The notes beneath the pieces were generated by a model. The model saw only the letters and a program-made list of their open reading frames with translations, did not search any database and had not been told where the DNA came from. The translations under genes and the position numbers were made by a program. Shown here one piece after another: positions 10,952 through 19,253 of a stretch of DNA of 64,000 nt. The stretch's first letter is position 1. Every line of letters starts with the position of its first letter. Origin of the DNA: an uncultured Acidobacteriota bacterium (GTDB lineage Bacteria > Acidobacteriota > Vicinamibacteria > Vicinamibacterales > Fen-181); the NCBI GenBank assembly GCA_963744445.1, contig CAVUTP010000001.1:276308-340307 (forward strand). The letters are read 5' to 3'.

Positions 10952-13128
10952 ATCCCCACGACCTCGATAAGGACCACGAGCTGGTGGACGAGGGTCCGAT
11001 GGCCTTCCCCGTCGACCGCCGCGACTTCCTCCGCAGCGGCGCGGCCGGCCTGTTCGTGCTGTTCTTCGTGGACCGCGCGGGAGCGCTGCAGGAGCCGGCC
11101 CGGCTGCCCGCCGGGCGCCAGGGCTACCCCACCGACTTCAACGCCTACCTGCACGTGAAGGCGGACGGCCGCGTCACCTGCCTGGTGGGCAAGATCGAGA
11201 TGGGCCAGGGTGTCTCTACCTCGCTGGCACAGCTGCTGGCGGAGGAGATGGACGTCCCGCTCACATCGGTGGACATCATCCTCGGCGACACCGACCTGTG
11301 CCCGTGGGACATGGGCACCTTCGGTTCGCTCAGCATCCGGCAGTTCGGCCCGGTCCTCAAGGATGCGGCGGCCGAGGCGCGCGCGGTCCTCCTGCTGATG
11401 GCGGCGGAGCGGCTCCAGGTGCCTGCCGAACGCCTGGCGGTGAAGGCGGGCGTGATCAGCGACAGGGCCGACCCGAAGAAGTCGGTGAGCTACGCCGCGC
11501 TCACGCAGGGCCAGCGCATCGAGCGCCACCTCGGGACGAAGCCCACTCTCAAACCGCTCGCCTCTTACAGCGTGGTGGGGACCTCGGCGCCGCGTCGCGA
11601 CGCGCTCGAGAAGGTGACGGGGCGCGCAAAGTTCGCCGGCGACATCGTCCCGCCGGGCGGCGCGCTGCACGCGCGCATCCTGCGTCCCCCGGCACACGGC
11701 GCCGTGCTCGCGTCGGTGGATACCTCCGCCGCCGAGAAGATGGCCGGCGTTCGCGTGGTTCGCGACGGCGACATGGTGGCGGTGCTCCACGAACACCGGG
11801 ACGAGGCCGATCGCGCGCTGGCCGCCGTGAAGGCGGAGTTCACGCGGCACGACCCGCCGGTTGACGACAAGACGATCTTCGAGCACCTGGTGAAGGCCGC
11901 CCCGGCCCCTCAAACCCCCGCGCAGGGCGGGACGCTGGCGAGCGGCGAGGCGGCGGCCACGGCGGTCCTGGAGCAGACATGGCTCGACGGCTACGTGGCG
12001 CACGCCCCCATGGAACCGCACGCCGCGGTGGCGGCGGTGGAGGGCGGCAAGGTGACGGTCTGGGCCGGGACGCAGACGCCGTTCTCGCTCAAGAACCAGG
12101 TGATGCAGGGCCTGAAGCTGCCGGCCGAGAAGGTGCGCGTCATCACCGCGTACGTGGGCGGCGGGTTCGGCGGCAAGTCGGCCTCCAGGCAGGGCGTCGA
12201 GGCGGCGCGGCTGGCGGTCCTCACCGGCAGACCGGTGCGCGTGCAGTGGAGCCGGGAGGAGGAGTTCTTCTACGACACCTTCCGGCCGGCGGCGGTGATC
12301 AAGATCAGGTCCGGCCTCGACGCGTCGAAGCGCATCGCATTCTGGGACTACGACGTCGTGGCGGCCGGCGAACGGGGGGCCGCGCACTTCTACGACATCC
12401 CCCACCACCGGACGGTGGTCCGGGGCGGCTGGAGCGGAGGGCAGACGGCTGGATTCCACCCCTTCGCTGTCGGCCCCTGGAGGGCACCCGGCGCCAGCAC
12501 CAACGCGTTCGCGCGGGAGTCGCAGATCGACATGCTCGCCGCGCGGGCTGCGATGGACCCGGTGGAGTTCCGGCTGAAGAACCTCACGGACCAGCGGATG
12601 ATCCGCGTGGTGAACGCGGTGGCCAAGAAGGCGGGCTGGACGCCCAAGCCGCTACCGAGCGGCCGCGGCGTCGGGATCGCGTGCGGCATCGACGCCGGCA
12701 CCTACGCCGCGGTCGTGGCCGAAGTGGCAGTGGACAAGAAGACGGGCCGGGTGCAGGTCACCCGCCTGGTGTGCGCACAGGATATGGGCGTGGTCGTGAA
12801 CCCGGAGGGCGCTCTTCAGCAGATCGAGGGGTGCCTGACCATGGGCCTGGGGTACACGCTCACCGAGGAGGTGCACTTCAAGGGCGGTGAGGTCCTCGAC
12901 CGCAACTTCGACAGTTACGAGCTGCCGCGCTTCTCGTCGCTGCCGAAGCTCGAGACGGTCATCATCGACGCGCCCGAGGTGCCGGCACAAGGCGGAGGGG
13001 AGCCGGCCATCGTCCCGGTGGGCGCCGCCATCGCCAACGCCATCTTCGACGGCAGCGGCGCGCGCCTCTTCCGCATGCCGATGACCCCGGAACGCGTGCA
13101 GGAGGCGCTCGGGAGGGTTGCACGCTAG
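10948..13128 (+). CDS. Molybdopterin-binding large subunit of the same oxidoreductase (IorB-like), Tat-type signal
   Basis: Start at MNPHDLDK, with twin-arginine region VDRRDFLRSGAAGLFVLFFV. 726 aa with aldehyde-oxidase/xanthine-dehydrogenase-like blocks (GKIEMGQGVSTSLAQLLAEE, GGGFGGKS, GEPAIVPVGAAIANAIFDGSG). Confidence 0.85.
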   Translation: MNPHDLDKDHELVDEGPMAFPVDRRDFLRSGAAGLFVLFFVDRAGALQEPARLPAGRQGYPTDFNAYLHVKADGRVTCLVGKIEMGQGVSTSLAQLLAEEMDVPLTSVDIILGDTDLCPWDMGTFGSLSIRQFGPVLKDAAAEARAVLLLMAAERLQVPAERLAVKAGVISDRADPKKSVSYAALTQGQRIERHLGTKPTLKPLASYSVVGTSAPRRDALEKVTGRAKFAGDIVPPGGALHARILRPPAHGAVLASVDTSAAEKMAGVRVVRDGDMVAVLHEHRDEADRALAAVKAEFTRHDPPVDDKTIFEHLVKAAPAPQTPAQGGTLASGEAAATAVLEQTWLDGYVAHAPMEPHAAVAAVEGGKVTVWAGTQTPFSLKNQVMQGLKLPAEKVRVITAYVGGGFGGKSASRQGVEAARLAVLTGRPVRVQWSREEEFFYDTFRPAAVIKIRSGLDASKRIAFWDYDVVAAGERGAAHFYDIPHHRTVVRGGWSGGQTAGFHPFAVGPWRAPGASTNAFARESQIDMLAARAAMDPVEFRLKNLTDQRMIRVVNAVAKKAGWTPKPLPSGRGVGIACGIDAGTYAAVVAEVAVDKKTGRVQVTRLVCAQDMGVVVNPEGALQQIEGCLTMGLGYTLTEEVHFKGGEVLDRNFDSYELPRFSSLPKLETVIIDAPEVPAQGGGEPAIVPVGAAIANAIFDGSGARLFRMPMTPERVQEALGRVAR

Positions 13129-13133
13129 AGATA

Positions 13134-13174
13134 GTGCTGGAGGTGCCGAAGGTGCTGCAGGCTGGAAGTGCCGG
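13134..13174 (-). repeat. GCACCTYC-type 9-nt-period array (reverse orientation)
   Basis: GTGCTGGAGGTGCCGAAGGTGCTGCAGGCTGGAAGTGCCGG is the reverse complement of the family at 13541-13658 and 22258-22353. Confidence 0.8.
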
Positions 13175-13195
13175 AGCGGGCCGTTGAACGATGGG

Positions 13196-13233
13196 TCCGG
13201 CCGCCGCGGGTGCGAGCCCTGACGGCGGCCGGA
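13196..13233. terminator. Stem-loop between convergent genes (11-bp perfect stem, 16-nt loop), possible bidirectional terminator
   Basis: TCCGGCCGCCG, a 16-nt loop, then CGGCGGCCGGA. No clear U-tract. Confidence 0.35.
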
Positions 13234-13254
13234 GCGTTCAGACGGGGACAGGGT

Positions 13255-13422
13255 TCAGTTGCTGGTGGCTTCGGCCCTCTTCGCCTGGAGGGCCAGCCGC
13301 GCCCGGAGGATCGAGCACCAGTCCTTGTGATTCTCGACCGGCATCCCGCACTCGACGCACACCCGCACGCGCTTTGCCGGCTCGCTCGCCTTGCCCCCGA
13401 AAATCTTGCTCAGCAACGACAT
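13255..13422 (-). CDS. Small Cys-containing protein (possible zinc knuckle), unknown function
   Basis: 55 aa, MSLLSKIFGGKASEPAKRVRVCVECGMPVENHKDWCSILRARLALQAKRAEATSN. GGAGG ribosome-binding site 6-8 nt upstream of the ATG at 13422. CxxC...H...C spacing. Confidence 0.5.
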   Translation of the reverse strand: MSLLSKIFGGKASEPAKRVRVCVECGMPVENHKDWCSILRARLALQAKRAEATSN

Positions 13423-13540
13423 TGTCCGACCTCCGGTGAAGCGGGCCCGCGGCCCGTTTGCTTCATAAGACGGACCCAGAGAGGAAATGGTTCGCTTCGG
13501 GCTCATCCGAATCGCTCATCTGCGGCCGCCCACAGCTTTC

Positions 13541-13658
13541 CAGCACAGCTCCTCCAACACAGCACCTCCAGCACTCAGCACCCGAGGCGCCCCCAGCACG
13601 TCCAGCACCCAAGCACAGCACCTCCAGCACCTTCGGCACCCCGGCACCTCCAGCACCT
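13541..13658 (+). repeat. CAGCAC / GCACCTCCAGCAC low-complexity array
   Basis: At least 8 CAGCAC cores, including GCACCTCCAGCAC three times, within the 385-nt gap between the small Cys protein gene and the receiver gene. Confidence 0.85.
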
Positions 13659-13808
13659 CGTCTTCGCCCTGTTGAGACTGTCCGCAGGCTGTCCGTGGTT
13701 GCCCGGGGAACGCCGGTCCGCTAACATCGAGGGCTGCCCTTCAGCCATACTGTTCCAGCGGTAGAAATCACGGCCACGCCGGCCAATCGGGATCAGGAGC
13801 GACCGAGC

Positions 13809-14198
13809 ATGAATGCAGGTGCCCGAGTGCTCATCGTGGACGACGACCGGGACACGCTGACCCTGTACGCCTTCGCGCTCGGCGATTCGGGTTTGCTCGT
13901 GGACCAGGCCACGACCGGCGCGGAGGCCCTGGCAGCTGCACGGGCGCACCCCCCCGCGGTGATCGTGACGGATTTGACTCTCCCCGACGTCGATGGCATC
14001 GAGCTGTGCCGGGAGCTGCGGGTGGCGGCCGGTCCCGGCCTGTCGGGGCTGATCGTGCTGAGCGGCACCTCGGACGCCGGGCAGCACGATCGCGCGCGCC
14101 GGGCTGGCGCGACCGAGGTGCTGACCAAGCCGTGCCTGCCGGCTGACCTCGAGGGCGTCATCCGCGCGGCGCTCTCTTCCGCGGAATCGGGAGGCTAG
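13809..14198 (+). CDS. Stand-alone response-regulator receiver (CheY-like) protein
   Basis: 129 aa with receiver-domain signatures VLIVDDD, VIVTDLTLPDVDG, LSGTSD and LTKP. No output domain. Confidence 0.85.
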   Translation: MNAGARVLIVDDDRDTLTLYAFALGDSGLLVDQATTGAEALAAARAHPPAVIVTDLTLPDVDGIELCRELRVAAGPGLSGLIVLSGTSDAGQHDRARRAGATEVLTKPCLPADLEGVIRAALSSAESGG

Positions 14199-14203
14199 GG
14201 CCG

Positions 14204-15052
14204 GTGACGCCAGCGGCGCGGGGTGTTCTCCCGCCCACCACCTCTCGAACCGCGCTTGGTGCGGATCACACCGCCGCCGCGGCTCCCCCTCTGAAGTGGG
14301 CCGGCGGCAAACGGTGGCAGCTGCCGCATGTCGAGGCGCTGTGGCGGCCGCACGAGGCCCGCAGGCTGGTGGAGCCCTTCTGCGGCGGCCTCGCCGTGAC
14401 GTTGGGACTCAGGCCCCGCGCCGCGCTCCTCAACGACGCCAACCCGCACCTGATCAACTTCTACCGCTGGCTCGCCAGCGGCCTCACGCTCGACATCCCG
14501 CTGGAGAACGACGAGAACGCGTTCTACCGTCACCGCGAGCGGTTCAACGCGTTGTTGACCGCGGGCGGCGAGCGCACCCGCGAGGCGGCCTCGCTGTTCT
14601 ACTACCTGAATCGCACCGGCTACAACGGGCTCTGCCGCTTCAACAGCCGCGGCGAGTTCAACGTCCCGTTCGGGCGCTACGATCGAATCCGCTACCGCCG
14701 CGACCTCTCCGCCTACGCGCCGGTTCTCGGGGAATGGACCTTCACCGCCGGCGACTTCGAGCTCATTCCCGCCGAGCCGGAGGATTTCGTCTACGCCGAC
14801 CCCCCATACGACGTTCCGTTCACGGCCTACGCGCGCGGCGGATTCGGGTGGGACGACCAGGTCCGGGCCGCCCGCTGGGCCGCCCGCCACCCCGGCCCCG
14901 TCATCCTCGTCAACCAGGCGACCGATCGCATCCTCGAACTGTACGAATCTCTCGGCTTCGCGCTGCGCGTCCTCCCCGCACCCCGCCGCATCAGCTGCAA
15001 CGGAGACCGCCGCCCCGTGATGGAAGTCATGGGAACACGGAACGTCGCGTAG
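14204..15052 (+). CDS. dam: DNA adenine methyltransferase, Dam (D12 class, GATC-type) family
   Basis: PLKWAGGKRW, motif I EPFCGGLAV, YYLNRTGYNGLCRFN, and catalytic motif IV YADPPY. GTG start 5 nt after the receiver gene, with a GGGAGG ribosome-binding site. Confidence 0.85.
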   Translation: MTPAARGVLPPTTSRTALGADHTAAAAPPLKWAGGKRWQLPHVEALWRPHEARRLVEPFCGGLAVTLGLRPRAALLNDANPHLINFYRWLASGLTLDIPLENDENAFYRHRERFNALLTAGGERTREAASLFYYLNRTGYNGLCRFNSRGEFNVPFGRYDRIRYRRDLSAYAPVLGEWTFTAGDFELIPAEPEDFVYADPPYDVPFTAYARGGFGWDDQVRAARWAARHPGPVILVNQATDRILELYESLGFALRVLPAPRRISCNGDRRPVMEVMGTRNVA

Positions 15053-15086
15053 GGATCGGGGATCAGGGTTCGGGGATCAGGGGTTC
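15051..15086 (+). repeat. Heptamer tandem array (A/G)GGGATC / AGGGTTC (5 units) carrying three GATC sites
   Basis: AGGGATC GGGGATC AGGGTTC GGGGATC AGGGGTTC, beginning inside the dam stop codon. GATC sites at 15054, 15061 and 15075. Confidence 0.9.
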
Positions 15087-15101
15087 CGCCTCCCTCGCGG
15101 C

Positions 15102-15127
15102 TTCTGCATTCTGCATTTTGCATTTCC
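15102..15127 (+). repeat. Heptamer tandem array TTCTGCA (about 3.7 units)
   Basis: TTCTGCA TTCTGCA TTTTGCA TTTCC, 26 nt upstream of the APC permease start codon. Confidence 0.9.
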
Positions 15128-15153
15128 GCCCGCCCGTCGTACCCTGACTGCCC

Positions 15154-16482
15154 ATGGCCCAGCTGCGCCAGCGCCTGACGCTGTTCGACATGACGATGAT
15201 TGCGATCGGCGGCACAATTGGCTCGGGGATCTTCCTCACCCCGTCGCTCATCGCCCACGCCCTGCCGTCGCCCGTGCTCATCCTGTCCGTCTGGCTTGCC
15301 GGCGGGCTGATGGCCATGGCCGGCGCGCTGACCTTCTCCGAGCTCGCGGCCTTGATGCCGCGCGCGGGCGGCCAGTACGTGTACCTGACCGAGGCGTACG
15401 GCGGACTCGTCGGCTTCCTCTTCGGCTGGGCCTACTTCCTCGTCTGCAACGCGGGCGGCCTCGGCGCGCTCAGCGTCGCCTTCGCGACCTACTTCGGGTA
15501 CTTCGTCCCCCTCGGAGCCACCGGGACCAAGCTCGTCGCCATCGGCGGCCTCCTCCTGCTGACCGGCATCAACGTCGTCGGCGTCAAGGCGGGGGCGATC
15601 TTCTCCGACGTGTTCACGGTCCTGAAGATCGGCGGGATCCTCGCCCTGGTGGTCGTGGGCCTCGCGCTCGGCTCGGCGCAGACGACCGACTTCGCGGCCG
15701 CGATCCCGGAAGTGCCGGGCGGCCTCGGGGGAGCCCTGGCGGCCGCGATGGTGGGCGTCCTCTGGTCCACGGGAGGCTGGCAGCACGCGACTTACGCCTC
15801 GGGCGAGATCAAGAACGCGCGCCGGACGCTCCCGCTCGCGATGGTGATCGGCACCGCCGCCGTGACCGTGATCTACCTCTCGGTAAACGTCGCCTACATG
15901 TTCCTCCTGACCCCGCAGGAAATTGCGGTGTCGCCCCGCGTGGCGGCCGACGCGGTGAGCCGCGTGCTCGGTCCGACAGGGGGCACGTTGATCTCACTCG
16001 CCATCTTCATCTCGACGTTCGGGGTCGTGGGAATCTACACGCTGACCGCCCCGCGCATCTACTTTGCCATGGCGAACGACGGGCTCTTCTTCCGGCGGGT
16101 GGCCGAGGTGCACCCCCGCTTCGAGACCCCCGCCTTCGCCATCGTCGCGCAGTCGCTGTGGGCGGTGGTACTGATCCTCTTCTGGGGCACCTTCGAGAAC
16201 CTGATCTCGTACGTCGTGTTCACCGACTGGATCTTCTTCGGCCTGGCCGCGGCGGCCGTGTTCGTCTTCCGGCGCCGCTGGCCCGATGCCGAGCGCACGG
16301 CGCGGGTGCCGCTCTACCCCCTGACGCCGCTCTTCTTCGTCGCCATGTCGGCGTGGTTCGTCGGCATGACGCTCGTCCAGCGCCCGGCGCAGGCATGGGC
16401 GGGGCTGGCGTTCCTCGCGCTCGGTGTTCCCGTCTATTTCTACTGGAAAGGGAAGCGTTCCGAATTGAGAATTGAGAATTGA
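15154..16482 (+). CDS. APC-family amino acid permease
   Basis: 442 aa, about 12 TM, N-terminal signature MTMIAIGGTIGSGIFLTP. The last residues (SELRIEN) and the stop codon are encoded by a GAATTGA heptamer array. Confidence 0.85.
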   Translation: MAQLRQRLTLFDMTMIAIGGTIGSGIFLTPSLIAHALPSPVLILSVWLAGGLMAMAGALTFSELAALMPRAGGQYVYLTEAYGGLVGFLFGWAYFLVCNAGGLGALSVAFATYFGYFVPLGATGTKLVAIGGLLLLTGINVVGVKAGAIFSDVFTVLKIGGILALVVVGLALGSAQTTDFAAAIPEVPGGLGGALAAAMVGVLWSTGGWQHATYASGEIKNARRTLPLAMVIGTAAVTVIYLSVNVAYMFLLTPQEIAVSPRVAADAVSRVLGPTGGTLISLAIFISTFGVVGIYTLTAPRIYFAMANDGLFFRRVAEVHPRFETPAFAIVAQSLWAVVLILFWGTFENLISYVVFTDWIFFGLAAAAVFVFRRRWPDAERTARVPLYPLTPLFFVAMSAWFVGMTLVQRPAQAWAGLAFLALGVPVYFYWKGKRSELRIEN

Positions 16483-16486
16483 GAAG
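16462..16486 (+). repeat. Heptamer tandem array GAATTGA (3.6 units)
   Basis: GAATTGA GAATTGA GAATTGA GAAGC. It supplies the last codons and the TGA of the permease gene, and ends 4 nt before the corrinoid gene ATG. Confidence 0.9.
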
Positions 16487-16490
16487 CAGA

Positions 16491-17142
16491 ATGTCGATCG
16501 ACAACGAGCTGCGGAACGCGGTGGTCGAGGGCGACGGCGCGGCCGCGGTGCGCCTGGTGCGGCAGCTCCTGGAGCGCGGAACGCCGGCCGACGCCATCCT
16601 GCAACGGTGCCTGGTCGCCGCCATGGACGAGGCGGGGCGCCGCTTCGAGGCGGGCGAGTTCTTCGTGCCGGAGCTGCTCGTGGCAGCCCGAGCCATGAAG
16701 GCCGCGATGGCCGTCCTCGATCCGCTGCTCGCCGGAACGGCGTCGCGCGCCGCCGGCCGCATCGCGATCGGCACGGTGCAGGGCGATCTGCACGACATCG
16801 GGAAGAACCTGGTGGCGACGATGCTCCGCGGAAGCGGCTTCGACGTGGTGGACCTCGGGTCGGACGTCACGCCCGAGCGCTTCGTCGCGGCAGCGCGGGA
16901 CGGCGCTCAGCTCATCGGCCTCTCGGCCTTGCTGACGACCACCATGCTCTCCATGAAGGAGGCGATCGTCCGCCCTCGACGCGGCCGGCCTGCGGCCGGG
17001 AGTCCGCGTGATGGTCGGCGGCGCCCCCCTGACGCCGCAGTATGCCCAGAGCATCGGCGCCGACGGGTTCGCCGACAACGCGGCCGCCGCCGTGACCCTG
17101 GCGCGCCGGCTGCTGGCCCAGTCGGCGGAGGCCTCCCGATGA
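16491..17142 (+). CDS. Cobalamin (B12)-binding corrinoid protein (MtaC/MtbC-like), frame broken near 16970
   Basis: B12-binding motif GDLHDIGKN plus LSALLTTTM in the first frame. The conserved end, ALDAAGLRPGVRVMVGGAPLTPQYAQSIGADGFADNAAAAV, is in the +1 frame and ends with TGA at 17140-17142. The span is not a multiple of 3. Confidence 0.8.
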
Positions 17143-18216
17143 CCGGCCGCGAACGCGTGCTGCTGGCCATGCGCCGACGGCAGCCCGATCGCCCGCCGTT
17201 CGACTTCTCGTGGGGCTTCTCGGAACCGCTCCTGGATCACTTTCGGGAGCGGACGGGCGCGGACAACCCCGACGACTACTTCGGGGCCGACACCAGGATC
17301 GTGCGAATCTCGCCCACCCGGCGGCCGTCCGACTTCTCGCCCTACCACTCGGAACTGCCGCCCGGCACCTGGCTGGACGAGTGGGGCGTGGGACACCAGC
17401 CGACCACGAGCCGCGAGCGCCATCACTCGCACCTCGAGGGTTTCATCTACCCGATGCTCGGGCTGTCTTCGCGCCAGGACGCGATGGACTACCCGCTGCC
17501 GGACGTGGACGCCGACTACCGGTACGAAGCGCTTCCCTGCCGGATTGGCGGAGATCCAGGGAGCGGGCCTCGCGGTCATGGCCGCCCTCGACTGCACGGT
17601 GTTCGAAGTCGCCTGGTACATGCGCAGCATGGAGCAGTTGCTGATGGACTTTGCCGACGGCAGCGAGTTCGCGGCAAGCCTCCTCGACCGCATCACGGCC
17701 AAGCGCGAGGTGCAGGCGGCGCGGTTCGCGGAACTCGGTGCCGACGTCATCTGCCTGGGCGACGACGTGGGGACGCAGCGCGGGATGTTGATGAGCGTCC
17801 GGATGTGGCGCGCGTGGCTCAAGCCTCGCCTGGCCCGCGTGGCGGCGGCGGCGCGGCGGGTGCGCCCGGACGTCCTGCTCTTCTACCACAGCGACGGCAA
17901 CGTCGCGGCCATCGTCCCGGACCTGATCGAGATCGGGATCGACATCCTCAACCCGGTCCAGCCGGAGTGCATGGACCCCGCCGCGCTGAAGTTTCAGTAC
18001 GGGGATCGCCTGTCGCTCTGGGGCACCATCGGGACGCAGTCCACCTTCCCGTTCGGCAGCGCCGAGGACGTGCGGGCAGAGGTCCGTGCCCGCATCGACA
18101 AGGCCGGCCGCGGGGGTGGCCTGTTCCTCGCGCCCACTCACATCGTCGAACCCGAGGTCCCGTTCGAGAACATCGTGGCGTTCGTGGAAGCGGTCAAGGC
18201 AGGCCAGCAGGGCTGA
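17139..18216 (+). CDS. Uroporphyrinogen-decarboxylase-family methyltransferase (MtaA/CmuA-like), frame broken near 17535-17541
   Basis: N-terminal part MTGRERVLLAMRRRQPDRPPFDFSWGF..., with an ATGA overlap to the corrinoid gene. The C-terminal part is in the frame of ORF 17545..18216 (AEIQGAGLAVMAALD...GDDVGTQRGMLMS...DILNPVQPECMD). Confidence 0.75.
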
Positions 18217-18326
18217 AGCCCTGCTCCGACCGATGCAACGGGGCCGAAGCGACGGCGAAAGTGGATGCGGCGCGGGGCTTTCTCGGTGTAACCTATCTGG
18301 CTGCCCTCGGTAGTTCCCTCTGGAGA

Positions 18327-19253
18327 ATGCACCTTATGACTGTCCGGCCGCGCGTAGCCATCGCCCTGATCGCGGTGCTGTTCGCAAGTGGCTGCTCGAT
18401 CAGGAAGATGGCGGTCAAGACGATGGCGGACGCCCTGTCGGAGGGCAGTTCAGGGTACACGACCGACAACGACCCGGAACTCGTGAAGGAAGCGCTGCCC
18501 TTCGGCCTGAAGACGCTCGAAGGCCTCCTGGCCGAGCTGCCCACCCACCGTCCCCTTCTGCGGTCGCTAGCGAGCGGGTTCACGTCGTACGCGGTGGCGT
18601 TCATCGCCCCTGAAATCCGCGCCCTCGAGGAGGTCGATCTCGAACGCTCCCGCGAGCAGCGTGTGCGGGCGCGACTGATGCTGATCCGGGCGCGCGATTA
18701 CGCCCTTCGGTCCCTGGAGGTCGCCTACCCCGGCTTCCGCAAGGCACTCGAGGAGGACCCGCTGAAGGCCGCTGCCCGGGTGAAGGCCGAGGACATCGAG
18801 GATCTCTACTGGGCGGCGGCGGCCTGGGGTTCGGCCATCTCGCTCGGGAAGGACCAGATGGGCCTCGTCGTCGAGGTGCCGCAGGTGGAGGCGCTGATCC
18901 GCCGCGCCTACACGCTGAACGACGCGTGGGACAACGGGTCGATCCACGAGTTCCTGATCGTGTTCGAGAGCCGCGGCGAGGCGTCGGGCGGCAGCTACAA
19001 GCGGGCGCGCGAGCATTTCGAGAAGGCGATGGCGATCTCGAAGGGCCGAAAGGTGGGCCCGCTGGTGGCGCTGGCCGAGAACGTGTCGCTGCAACTCCAG
19101 GATCGCAAGGAGTTCGAGGAACTCCTCGACCGCGCGCTGGCCTTCGATCCCGAGACCGCACCGGAAATTCGATTGGTCAACCTCATCGGTCAGCGCCGCG
19201 CGAAGCAACTCAAGGCGATGGCCGATCAACTCTTCGTGGAGGACGAGAAATGA
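18327..19253 (+). CDS. TRAP transporter TatT-component family lipoprotein (TPR-like)
   Basis: Lipobox LFASGC after MHLMTVRPRVAIALIAV. Helical-repeat protein ending ...RLVNLIGQRRAKQLKAMADQLFVEDEK. ATGA overlap with the downstream TRAP binding protein gene. Confidence 0.7.
   Translation: MHLMTVRPRVAIALIAVLFASGCSIRKMAVKTMADALSEGSSGYTTDNDPELVKEALPFGLKTLEGLLAELPTHRPLLRSLASGFTSYAVAFIAPEIRALEEVDLERSREQRVRARLMLIRARDYALRSLEVAYPGFRKALEEDPLKAAARVKAEDIEDLYWAAAAWGSAISLGKDQMGLVVEVPQVEALIRRAYTLNDAWDNGSIHEFLIVFESRGEASGGSYKRAREHFEKAMAISKGRKVGPLVALAENVSLQLQDRKEFEELLDRALAFDPETAPEIRLVNLIGQRRAKQLKAMADQLFVEDEK

Noticed and set aside
14204-15052. Dam methylase considered as part of a restriction-modification or other defence island
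   Set aside because: No endonuclease, specificity subunit, helicase or other defence gene is adjacent. The flanking genes are a receiver domain and a permease.
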